NCBI GenBank assembly: GCA_964234715.1
Contig: OZ174278.1
Strand: one strand, 5' to 3'
Source: Podarcis melisellensis
Lineage: Eukaryota
DNA length: 64,000 nt
Position 1 is the stretch's first letter, and every line of letters starts with the position of its first letter. The notes beneath the pieces were generated by a model. It was not told the origin of the DNA. It was given only the letters and a program-made list of their open reading frames with translations, and made no database searches. Below are positions 36,581-48,255 of this stretch, piece after piece. Position numbers and translations under genes: made by a program.

Positions 36581-39529
36581 TATGTCTATTCCCTAACGCC
36601 TAAGCAGAACAGAATTGACAAGATTCCAGGCTTTGTGTGTTGAAACTTTTTTGCAAAGCTAAGCCCTGTGATGTGCACAAAACCTATTTTGTAAACACCT
36701 TATCAGTCCACACATAAACAAAAATCACAAACTGCCACGTCAAAGTAACTTGAAGTTAATCACATTACATGGAACTTAACAACAGAGCTATATAGGGCAG
36801 TCACTGTGGGGATCAACAACCCTATGGCACCTTTGCCTCCCTGCAGAGATAACATTTGATAGTATTTACTATGTGCATCAAGATAATCAGGTAGTGAGTT
36901 GTCCTGCCCCTCCCCCTTCAATGGCCACCAATTGCGTGGAGCAGAAGCAGGAAGATTCTCCTGATGGCCCTGATTGATGCAGCGAGTACAGCTGAATCTA
37001 ATAGCCGCAGGAAATGAAAACCTTGCCACAGGATGCCAATCCCCTGGCAACAGCAATATGTAATCTGGCTCCAAGACATAGTGTAATCCATTGTATCAAC
37101 TATTTGCTTCTTGCACACAGGTGTTCTAAATACAGCAAATTTTAAAGAACTGATAAAATCCTGTTAGTTCACAGCAAACCTAAAAGTGCAGCTACTCCAC
37201 CCCTCTCACCTTTTGCAAAAGCAAATGAAAATAGCAGAAAACATACAATGCCCATTTTCATTTTCAGGGACCCTGTTGTACGTTCCATCCTCAAGAGAGG
37301 CTAGATTGGGGCGTCCTATGTGTGGCACTCGCTCCCTAGTTTTAGGCAGGCTGTAAAAACTGTTTATACTGCCTGGTGTTCATTGGGTTTGAATTCCACT
37401 CTGATTTTGTTCTGGCCGCTCCTTTTTAAACAAAAAACAAAAAACCACCCAATAATAAATAATAATAATAATAATAGCAACAACTGAAATCTTTGAAATG
37501 TTGTTGGTGTTGTCAATAATAATAAATAATTTTAGTAACAACAACATCCCAAAGATTTCAGTGCCTTTGAAACAATGAAGCCATGAAGAATGAGGCATCA
37601 TAGCAGGGAGTAAATGTCAACTTGGAAGAAAAAAATGCCACTGCTGGATAACGTAAAGTGTCAAGTTACGCTCAATCTTACATAAAGCTTGACACTTGCA
37701 TGCATACAAGAACAGTTGCAGTGGAGTAAATAACCTGAATTGTGTTCCTAGATAACCCATTCCAACAGACTTCGTCCTCACATCTGCACCCGCAGGATCA
37801 CAGCAACATGGTGCTCCCTTCACAAAACAGATGTTTGCCTCCCCCGCAATCAACCTCCATGTTCAGAGACCTTTTTGTCTCCTTCCTTCTTTCATTCAAA
37901 CCCTGGTTTGTCCTTCCCTTCCTTCTTCACACCATTAGTTTCTTGGGCTCCAGCTGCCTTTCAAAAAGACAGCTCTTCCCTTCACCCTACTGCTTGATGA
38001 GGATGTGTATGAATTGCCCCTCCACCCACTGTATCAGCTGGGGGAATAGACAGACTGCAACTGCTTTCCTTTTAACTGAACAGCACTTTTGAGTTTTCAG
38101 GGCTCATGGGGAATGCACTGAAGCACAAGCATTTACTGAAACTGAAGGAAGCCACAAAAAGGAGGAGGAGGAGCAGGCAGAATGGGGCATCAGGTCTCCA
38201 GGTTCAGAAGGAAGCCTAGGATGCCTTCTTCAACTACCTGAACTCAGCTGAGCATAGCTGAGAAGAGAAGACTCTCTTCAAGAGTCTTAGCCTAGTCAAG
38301 TGCTCCCCAACCCCAACCCTGTTCTGTGCTGGATTAACAGTGTTTATCAAATACAGCCAACAACTGGTTTACACAGGGGTTACGTTCCTTTCCCCAGGCA
38401 CTTTCAGGTCACCGCAATGCGAGGTTGCACGTCAGTTGGAAGCACGCAAATCATTGCCTGTAGATCTGGATTTTATAGATGAATATATGAATTTGTGGCC
38501 AACCCATTATGAGATAGCAACTTGTAATTAACATCTCTTATTGACTCAGTTTACCAGCCATGGCAGACCAGCCCCCACAAAGTTACACACACTCTAAAGA
38601 ACACCCATTTTTCTATTAGCAAGTTTGTGGGAAGGGAGAAGTAATAGGTTATCACATCTGAAGAGGTTTGGATACACTGAGGCGACAAACCCTCCAATCT
38701 TTTTGTTCATTGCACACTTACTGCTGCTGAAATCACTAGAAATTAGCAGGCACTTCTTCCATTCTAATGGTGGGAAGAATACAGCCCAAATCAAGAACAA
38801 ACAACCCCCAATTTTAAAAGATAATGGGCAGCTGTTGGGGCACTAGATTGGCTCCACCAGTATGGCCAGGCTGCGTTGGCATCACCACTGCCCAGCTCCC
38901 ACATCACCCTGGTAAGCAACAAGCAGCAGTGCTGGCAGGAGTTCAGAACCTCGGTGCTGCCACACCATCTGGCCCTGTTGATTCATGGCATAGTTTTATT
39001 CTTTACTGGTCTGATGGAAGTTGACAAGCCTATGAATGGAAAATTTGTGCACAGAACAGTTTGCTGATATGGAGGGAGAGGGCAGGCTTCTACTACACAA
39101 TACAGATCACCACATTGCAGTGGCTTTCTGCAAAAAAAGCAACAACACACACACACAATGTTAATGTTCACACTCTTCAAATAACTAAATGGAAGGTTTT
39201 CTGATTATATGACTTAACTCAACCCTCCCATTACCTGTCTTCCTTTCTCCCTGCTTAAGACAACAGAGAACCCACACTAAGACCGACGCAACTTTTAAGC
39301 TACACAAACGACGAGCTGCAGTTGATAAATGTTTACATGAAAGAAACTTGTTTTCACTTCTTGTCAAGGGAAACTTAGTAGGCGATATGCAACATTAGTC
39401 ATGTTCAGAAAAGACCCACTGACATCTACTGTTATCAAATGGTCTACTCTATGACTAATGTTGTATATCACCCAGTAGGTATTGCTATGACTGTGCAGCA
39501 GCTTTTTGGAGCTGAATGCTTTCTACGTA

Positions 39530-39754
39530 CAGTAGTACCTCGGATTAAGTACTTAATTCGTTCCGGAGGTCTGTTCTTAACCTGAAACTGTCCTTAACCT
39601 GAAGCACCACGTTAGCTGATGGAGCCTCCTGCTGCTGCCGCACCACCGCCAAAGTGTTCTGTTCTCATCCTGAAGCAAAGTTCTTAACCCAAGGTAATAT
39701 TTCTGGGTTAGCGGAGCCTGTAACCTGAAGCGTATGTAACCCGAGGTACCACTG
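39530..39754. mobile_element. Tc1/mariner (Tigger-like) MITE
   Basis: TA|cagtagtacctcgg ... ccgaggtaccactg|TA. Confidence 0.85.
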
Positions 39755-39835
39755 TAATGGCATCGCCATGTTTTGCTCTAAATGACTACAGGAGGCACAC
39801 AGAAATTTCAAAAAGGCATATAAAACTTTGCTTAC

Positions 39836-40019
39836 ATCTGTCATTGTCATTTTGCCCGGCAATGGCATCTTCCAAAGTGACAGACTTAGGTTTCTTTTCA
39901 TTATTTCCTTTCAAGTTTTCCCAGTCTGCCTGGTTGAATCGGCAGACCTCCGGCTCTTTGGTTGCTACGTGGCCTTCTCTCTCTTTCATCTCCAACTCTG
40001 AGAAGCGCATCATTGCACG
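39836..40019 (-). CDS. BCOR: BCOR exon 6 (184 nt; [16 protein letters not shown]...QNDNDR-C)
   Basis: Acceptor ctctttctag|CGT, donor AGAT|gtaagc; ORF 39786..40013. Confidence 0.96.
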
Positions 40020-40405
40020 CTAGAAAGAGAATTGATATGGGGGAAAAAGACACCTCACAATAAGAACTACTTCATTTACCTTACCTTCTATGAAAAGTAT
40101 TTCCAAAAGAAAATATCTGCTCAAACCCAAAGTTTTGAGATACACACAATTCTATATAAAGTTTTAAAATGCCATATGTTCAATATGCAAGGCATGTAGT
40201 ATCTATACACAAATAATATACAGTTCTTCCATATATAAAAGTAAATAACATTATCTATATATATATATTTATTTATATATGTGTATTAAAAAGCATTGTC
40301 TTTTGAGAGGTATAACAAAGAAACAAAACATAAACTGTACAATGAATAAAGACGACCATGGCCCACAACTTCCCTTTGTGTACTTGGAAATGAAATTTTA
40401 ACTCA

Positions 40406-40553
40406 NNNNNNNNNNNNNNNNNNNNNNNNNNNNNNNNNNNNNNNNNNNNNNNNNNNNNNNNNNNNNNNNNNNNNNNNNNNNNNNNNNNNNNNNNNNNNNN
40501 NNNNNNNNNNNNNNNNNNNNNNNNNNNNNNNNNNNNNNNNNNNNNNNNNNNNN
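40406..40553. other. Assembly gap (148 N) between exons 4 and 6
   Basis: Run of N. Confidence 1.
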
Positions 40554-41140
40554 TCATCCATTTTTATAAGCATCAACTAATTCTTTCTTTTTTTAACAAC
40601 GCAAAACAATTTGGCTTAACTCATTCTTTCACAAATCTAAAAAATAACCTACAATACTTGCCATCATTCAACGTCAAATTCACTACAGCTTCTATTCCTT
40701 TAAGCTACATTTCTGCTTGGTAAAGAAGTTGCATTAAACCCGCTAACATATGGCTGCTACTCCTTTTTAATCAAATGTCCTGTATGAAATAATCATCAGA
40801 ACTTCTGCCTTTCCTTTGGTATTTAATAGTGCTAGCCAAACACAGGCAAGCTATAGCAAACTACCTTTAAAAACAAACATGTCATGCATTCTTCAGCTTC
40901 CTTTCACTACTACATGTTATGCTTATGAGATTAAATTATTTGTTACACCAATTAACTGCATATAATTCTTATCTATTAATGCTCCAATACCCCTGGCTTC
41001 ATAGCAGAACCCAAATATACACAAGATTACCACTGCTAGTTAAGTTCAAGATAGACTTATAGAGTTGTACATATTTCATTCTCAACTGTGAACTGTGTTT
41101 TCTTTAAAAACTGCTTTGGTAGTTAAGCCTCAGAACTCAC

Positions 41141-43945
41141 CTGCAGAGCCCGCTGTTCTCGACTAAGTTGGCTAGAATCTGCATACAGTTCTGTCGTAAC
41201 ACACTTGAATCGATCACCTACGTAACCAGCAGAGTTTGCGATTCTCTTTGCCAGGTTAGATGGCTTAGGTTTCAGGAATTTGCCGTCATTAGGTTCCGCG
41301 CCCTCAGTTCCCTCTTTGGCGTATGCCTGACTGACTTCCATACTTGACTGCGTGTTTCCCATACAAAGCTGTTTAGCATCATCTGGCATTTTGCAAAAGG
41401 ACATAGCTAGGCCATCGTTTCCGGGAGCAGCCTCCAAGAACCCAGAGGAAGTGGGAACCGTTAACCTCTCCCTATTCTGGCTCAAGGAAAGGTCCTCTTT
41501 CCTTAAGTTGAACATTGATGGGTGTGGGCTCTGGGCTTGCTTGAAGTTATAAACTTCATGGAAATTGCTTCTCCCACAGTCTTCCCTCATCACAATGAAA
41601 TCTCTGTGGGGGAAGCCTTGTTCTACCTTGTGCTTTGTGGGGTCGCTTGCTTGATTACTGCTTTCAACAGGAAAGCTAGGTTTCGTCAGGTTCGTTTCAC
41701 CTTTCACATCTTGCTCCTCTCTTGGTTCTGCAAACAGGTGCTTGTCACTTTTGGTAGTATTTTTACCATGACTTGAACTTTGGTGCAATTTCGCGTTTCT
41801 GTCTGCAGGTACTTCAAAATGTAGTTTTGTGCTGGTTTCCAGCATCTCGGGCAATCGGTTTCTCAAGGCTGGGTCTTCATAACGGAGCCGTTCATGCGAT
41901 CTAGACCTCCTTTCCGATTTCTCATCTTTCAGCTCCAAAGCTGTATGGGGTAACAGCATTGGGTGTACCATACCCATACCCAAAGCATCCTGGTAGGTCA
42001 TGAACTCACCTCTGCTGGCTGGCAGGCTGTATGGAATGGTAGGTTTGGGAGCTAGATGTCCAGGGAAAAGACTCCCATTGGGTAACAGAACAGGGTGAGG
42101 ATATACAGGTCCTTTCCCATGTAGAGACAAAGGGCCTATAGCTAAGCCTTCTGGAACTGGATATGGGAGATAGCTTCTCGGATAGGGCAATGGTGGAGAT
42201 CGGAATGCATCATTGGGAGGGAAAAATATGGAAGTTGGTGCAAGGGTGTTCTCATTTGCTTTGAAGATAGGTTCTGGATTATTGCATTTAGCTGCCTTAT
42301 TACTATGCTTTGAAGACGCTGCTGCTAAAGGTTGTCCTATGTGCTGTATGACAGATGCAGTGGTCTCTACTGAGCTAGTCGTCTTAGGGCAATCGACATT
42401 GGCATTTGGAGCAGGAGAAGCAGATGCTGGGCGACCTCCGCTTGATACAGACCCTGAAATATTACTGACAACTGCTTCTGTACCCCCCATCCTAGGGCAA
42501 GAAGAACTCCGCTGTTGTGGCGTCACCCAGTCCAATGCTTTGTTTTTCAACTGCATGTTTTTACCACCGTTATCTTCATTGGGACCTGGACCAGGAACAA
42601 CCCAGGAGGAAGGCGCCGTGCTGATTATTTCAGGTCTATAGACAGGGCAACCACTTCCAGGAGAAATGGTTTCTTTTGGAAGATCACCTCCAGGTAAAAC
42701 CAAGCCACTTCCGGCCCTGCTATGAACCAGCACAGTTGGCGCCATTTTCTTAACATGATCAGATTTGGTTGTCTCCATGTCAACAACTTTTGATGACAAA
42801 TCCAATGGTTTGTCTATAATCTCTTTGGTAACAGTTTGTTGTTTTTCTAACAGTGGAGGGGATCTGCTGTCCTTCCTGTCGTGACCTGTTTTCCTTGCAT
42901 GCACTGTAGGCTGCTGAGAGATTTCGCCTGTGTCGTGTGTTTTAGGAGCTTTCCCCCCGGAGACTCTTGGAGGAAACTCATTGCTTACATTCACGTATGG
43001 CTTTGGGAGTGTAACTGAAGAAGGAGACGTTGAAATCCTGGAAAAGTGTTTCTGAAACTCCGAGTAAGCGTCCCCAACCTGCGTTGGGAGGTGAACTCTA
43101 GGTGATGGTCTCGGCGAATGAGACAAGAGAACAGTGGGGTCTGTTGGCATATTACTAGCCGCTGGCTTTGCAGATGGGACTCTGGGAGGCTTGCTGTTCT
43201 GGATATGTGGATAGGCATGAGAGTCCACAGGAGTTCCGGGACCGACTCCCATCTTCCAAGACAAACTCTTTTCTGGACAGTGTCCTAGAGGGGGAATAGC
43301 TGGAGCTGCAGTTGCAGCAGAGATCCTCATTGGTGAAGCTAACGATGACGGAATGTGGGGAGCAACATAATGAGAAGGTGGCAAGTATAAAAAACGTTCA
43401 CCATTTGTACATACGGGCGAGTAGGTCAGATGCTGTGGCAAGCTGTAATTGGACTGCTGAGGTAGCAAGGCCTTATACATGTTCAACGAATACTTATTTG
43501 GTGATTCGAGAAAAGGATAAATAGCACCCTCCATGTAAGGATTTACCCAGGGTAGCCTTAGGTAACTAGCACCATTGACATTGAGAGGACTCGGTTTGTC
43601 ACTTGAGCTTCTGTCCAAGCCTAAGGTCTCCCCAGTCGGAAGCGAACTTTTTTGTATTCCAGGTGGCGTTTTGTACATAGCACTGAAGCCATTTGGGGGT
43701 TTTCCAGCTGCATTTTCAATTGCTTCAGTGGGATTAGACTTGAACTGCATCTCTGGATTTCTTTCAGGAGCAAATCCAAGGCCAGCAATAGCACTTGTAG
43801 CGTCCCGGGGCTTGTCTGAGCCAAGTCCACATAAACTGGAATAGACAATACTGCTGGGGACTCTAAGCCCTTCCCGCATAAGTCCAGACCGGTCCATGCT
43901 CAGAGCTGCAAGGCTGTCAATGCGATGCACTGCCGTGGCATCCAC
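41141..43945 (-). CDS. BCOR: BCOR exon 4 (2805 nt, 935 codons); contains PLDLS CtBP motif (42794-42808) and BCL6-binding peptide (42587-42637)
   Basis: ORF track 41123..43978; acceptor cacaaag|GTGGAT, donor CTGCAG|gtgagt; extensive identity to BCOR. Confidence 0.98.
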
Positions 43946-44511
43946 CTTTGTGAAATAAGAGAGAGGTGACTTTGGCATTTAATCAAGTACTATTCAAGGC
44001 TACAGGTACTTAAAAAAAAACATGGCGGGAAACAAAAGGAAGCAAATACATTGTTTTCATTGTGAAAAACTAATGTGGGCTGATTAAACTGATAAATGCA
44101 GAGGAATAAAGTAAATCAAATTTTAAAATTTTAGCCTGCTTCATTCTTCTGTCTGTGGAGTCTGAGTCCTGCCAAGTTTGATTATTATTTTTTAAGTAAG
44201 ATTAGTTTAATAGGTCTCTAGATCCTTTCATACTTAGCAAAACATCTACATGGATTTTAGGATAATATCCTTAAATCTTTGCTACTCAACCAACTGTCCC
44301 ATTTAAAAAAATTGATTTCCAGAACCATGTGTGTACTCGCTTCCAACAAGGGACATTTCATAAGGTATGCTTCCGGGGGGGGGGGGGACACCCTCAGATG
44401 CAAAGTTATTTATATTCCAAAAATCATTTAAATCAAATAATGACACTGAGTCTTTTTTTTTTTTTTTACTTCTGTTCCTCTGCTTATTGATAGCCAAAAT
44501 AAGTGATATTT

Positions 44512-44603
44512 AGGCTGCAATCCTATATATACTTACCTGGGAGAAAGTCCCACTGAACTCAATGGGGCTGACTTCCAAGTAGACACATATAGCATTGTGC
44601 GTT
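44512..44603. repeat. ~90-bp palindromic interspersed repeat (ggctgcaatcct...taggattgca family); other copies at about 31674-31746, 51797-51885, 58246-58334 and 61487-61574
   Basis: Shared cttacctgggag(t)aag(c)cccattgaa(c)tcaatggg(a)(c)ttactt..gagtagaca core with dyad symmetry. Confidence 0.7.
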
Positions 44604-44755
44604 AATAACTTTCACAGGCCAGCAGAGGAGCTAAACTACTGCCTTTCCCAGCATCCTCATATGAACAAAGAGGAGCTTGCGGGAAAGGAGAAAGCAAGAT
44701 CGCGTCATGTAGTTGTATTACAGGAGACCTCTGGGTATAGGGTGGTGTATAAGTT

Positions 44756-44815
44756 GGAGGAGGAGGAAGGAGGAGGAGGAGGAGGAGGAGGAAGAAGAAG
44801 AAGAAAAAGAAGAAG
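44756..44815. repeat. (GGA)n(GAA)n polypurine repeat
   Basis: Direct reading. Confidence 0.9.
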
Positions 44816-44966
44816 GTCTCTCCTCTGTTCCAAATGTTTGCTCCTACACAAGATGAGAGAAAGTAGGCTACCCAATTCTAAGAAGCAAAACACACTACAG
44901 TGAAACCAGGCAAAGGCCTTGCCTCCACAGTCCTTCTACGCCCCAAGAAAAAACAGCAGCCCTGGG

Positions 44967-45036
44967 CAGTGCTTTTCCCCGGGGGTACTCAGGGGTACGC
45001 AGCCCCAACACCTTTTTTTCTAGAATAAAAGCATTG
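44967..45036. mobile_element. Tiny non-autonomous hAT MITE (70 bp)
   Basis: TIRs cagtgctttt / aaaagcattg; perfect 8-bp TSD gccctggg. Confidence 0.8.
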
Positions 45037-45557
45037 GCCCTGGGGCACTTTCTCTCCAATCCCATTCCTAAACACCCAGCCAGCCCTAAACTGCAGATTG
45101 TACTAGTTCTAGTTCTTCCAATTTTCTTATATTTATATCCCACCATTCTTTCAAGAAGCCTGTGACATCTTTAGGATCATCTTTAGGTGGTTCCTCTCTA
45201 GACACTGAAACTATAGCAAAGGCTCACACACCCCATTCTGTCCACCCATGGCTACCAGCTGTCAGTCACTGAAATTCTCAAAAGGCTAACTGAAATATGC
45301 CAAGCAAAGTTATTTAGAGCAATCATGACTTAGAGTGTTCATGATGTGCTATTAAGCATATGACGAAGTAAAAAAATGCTTAAGACTCAGATACTAGAAA
45401 TATATACAAAAGGATGCAACCGTAACCCGATATTTGAATGCCACCTCTGGTTATCAGCAACTTTCATTAGTCCCAAATAGTTATTTGAAACGGAAGCCAT
45501 AGCACAAAAATCCAGTGAAAACCCTTTTGTCATCAAAGGGAACTATCAGTTTCTTAC

Positions 45558-45636
45558 CACACTGTGGTTCAGGTGATTTTCTTCCCTTAATTCCAACCTG
45601 CTTTTCGAAGCATCTCCATCATTAACTGGGATTTTC
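45558..45636 (-). CDS. BCOR: BCOR exon 3 (79 nt; [26 protein letters not shown])
   Basis: Acceptor aaatag|G, donor GTG|gtaaga; phases 2 to 0; homologous to human [26 protein letters not shown]. Confidence 0.95.
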
Positions 45637-45931
45637 CTATTTTCAAGAGATATTTTTAAAAAGTGACTTACAGACACAACGTTAATGGTTTGACATTTTG
45701 ATCTGACTGCAGTGTTTCTATTAAATTACCTTTATCAATACATCAGTGCAGAAGAAAATTAACAGATTTGCCCTCTAATTGGGCTTTTTCTCTCTCTATA
45801 GAGTTCAGGGATGAAAAAATGTTTTTGGACTTTATTTCCAGTTAAGGAGTTTTGCTAAAGCAATACATGATAGTAAATTTTCTTTCTTTATTTAGAAACA
45901 AACAACCCTGTATAGTATCGTTTATATACAG

Positions 45932-45968
<37 letters not shown>

Positions 45969-45988
45969 TACACACACACATATATACA
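45932..45988. repeat. (TA)n(CA)n compound microsatellite
   Basis: Direct reading. Confidence 0.9.
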
Positions 45989-47330
45989 AAGACAGGAAAA
46001 ACCCACACACTTCTAATATCATACAAATGTCAGCTGTTCAGTGCTGAAGAAGGAACCATACATCTGTGTGTTAGCAGCGTAGCAGCTCAGGGACTTGTTA
46101 TCACAGAAAACACAGATAAAAGAATGCACCTCAGTGCCAACTTTCAAATCCCAGGGACACAATTGCTGACATACAGCAGAAGGGAAGTTTCATCATTACC
46201 CAGAAGGATATTTAAAGTGGTGGCACTATCAATTTTTAAAGTAAAAGCAACACCCACATTTTTGCCCTGTTTCCAGCTATTATTGTTACAACCCACACCT
46301 ACTGGAAAAGCCACAGGATGCAATTGGATAGAAACAGAACAATAGCATTTTGCTCATGTGCACCTCCTTCCTTTGACATTTGATAACAATATACACAGCC
46401 ATGGCATTCCCCCTCAGTGTCTCAGAACTCATAATTTTCGCGTGCTGTTTTCAAACAATCAGAGAAAGTTATTAAATGACCCAATGCTGTCCTGATTTTA
46501 TTTTCTGTAGGGTGCAAGTCTGACCAAAAGTACTTGCAAACACAGTGTGCTTGCTTCGTTTTAATAATTAGAAGTAAAGAATTATAGTATTGTCCACTAT
46601 TTTGTAAAGTCTCTTTAAAAAACTGTGTTTGGTATGCTTTTACAAGGCCCCAATCCAGAGAAAGTTAGCCCTGCTTCAGTCTCGTTGCAGCGAATGTGGC
46701 TTAGATTAATCATGACTAACTTGCCCCATTCATTTCAATGAAGAATGACGAATGGTTTCTGAACTGGGGCCAAACTCTGACCTTTGTGCTAGTTTACGGA
46801 AAGTTATAGAAATATCTAATTGCTGGGCAAATTATCTTAAGTTGCAGGCCACATAATGTGGACCAATTGAAATTAAAAACCTGAATCCATGTTGTTCTTG
46901 TCTTTTTCACAAATAAAAATAATAAACTAAAAATAATAAAATAATAAACTTACAGGGACAACCTTAAGCACGCATGCCATGAAATAAGTTTCATTAAAAA
47001 TCACAGACGTTTGCTTTCCAGTAAATACACTGAAGATTGGGAGAGAATGTATGTAATATATGTGAGGAAGAGGTGACTTTGGGAGCTAATCTTTTATAAG
47101 CCCCCTTCTGGTTTCCTGAGCAACACTGATTGTTAAAACAGTACACGAAGGGAGAGTCTGTGCCCATAACATCTCTCTTCTCCAACTCTTGTCTCATAAA
47201 AGCGCTCTCCATGAGTTATCTCCATGCAAGCTATTAAAAAAAGAGCTATACGCTAAGACAAATTAACGCTGAAACCCCCTTCTCCAGAAACACCGCGTGA
47301 TTTAACTTTCCTGAAACTTAAAATATTTAC

Positions 47331-47416
47331 CTCTCTTCGTTAATCCCACACATGCGGACTCTCTCATTGCTCATCCAGCTATGAACGTTGCCATACAGGG
47401 GAGTTGCAGAAAGCAT
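47331..47416 (-). CDS. BCOR: BCOR exon 2 coding part (86 nt; [29 protein letters not shown]). Exon starts at 47461 with 45 nt of 5'UTR
   Basis: ATG at 47416-47414; donor AG|GTAAAT at 47330; acceptor ttctttctcaccaattag at 47463-47462; N-terminus matches BCOR. Confidence 0.95.
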
Positions 47417-48039
47417 GACTTCTCCTTAAAACAGAGGCTTTTCTTCACACGTGTGTATAATCTAATTGGTGAGAAAGAAAAAAAAAGAAGTTGAGAAGAT
47501 TGACCGGGGAGGAAGGGCAGACATCATAGTGGAATCACCGGTCTCCCTCGAGATAATTAACAAGGAATATAGGCTTGGTACAAGGTCGTGAGCAGCCAGA
47601 GTTAAAACACATGTAACAAAAAGTAGGAAGTTGAGGGAATGCACTGGTCAGATACGCTATAAATCTAACATTGTGCAGGACAGGAGAAGAATGTTACTCC
47701 CATCGAGTTTAATTTGAAATAAAAACTATTACACACCCATCAGCAAAGCACACCTTACTTGTAATGAAGCCAGAGATATTTGCTTGATACTCAAGCAAAT
47801 TACATCTCAAGAATTCATGGTGCACACAGACAAGCAAATGAAAACCAACTGGGACATTATAGCGTTTAGTTACCACACTACGGATTAAAATTGCTTAAGG
47901 TGGCATACAAAAAAAGTGGGGACTTTTGCAAAAACAAAAACACACACACACAACAATATATCCATAAAACTTAGTAAACAGGACCAGCAAAAACCCACCC
48001 AAAAGTAAATGCTTTTGGATCCTATTGATTTCAGTCTGG

Positions 48040-48255
48040 TGCATTGTGGTGGTGAGATTGTCTGCGTGGCAAAACCTAGGTTCCAATCCCCACTTGGCCA
48101 TGAAGCTCACTGAGTAACCTTGGGCACTCACTTTCTTATCTCACCCTAACCTATCTCACAGGGTTGTTGTGCAGATTAAATGAGGAGAGAGAGAACCATG
48201 TATATACCACCTTGAGCTCCTTTTCCTTGGGGGAAAAGGTAGGAAATAAATAAAT
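48040..48255 (+). mobile_element. MIR/CORE-like SINE with L2-type tail
   Basis: ggttccaatcccc B-box, accttgggca..ctcacagggttgttgtg core, and aaataaataaat tail. Confidence 0.7.

Noticed and set aside
40051-40090. Exon-5 look-alike (TCT TAT TGT GAG gtg, SYCE) and a possible 3-nt microexon tag|AAG|gtaagg at 40087-40085
   Set aside because: The implied downstream introns would be only about 34 and 65 nt, and the upstream codons do not match exon 5. Probably chance without RNA evidence.
43946-43978. ATG at 43978 as the start of a 951-aa single-exon protein
   Set aside because: It is intronic read-through upstream of the exon 4 acceptor; the true start is in exon 2.
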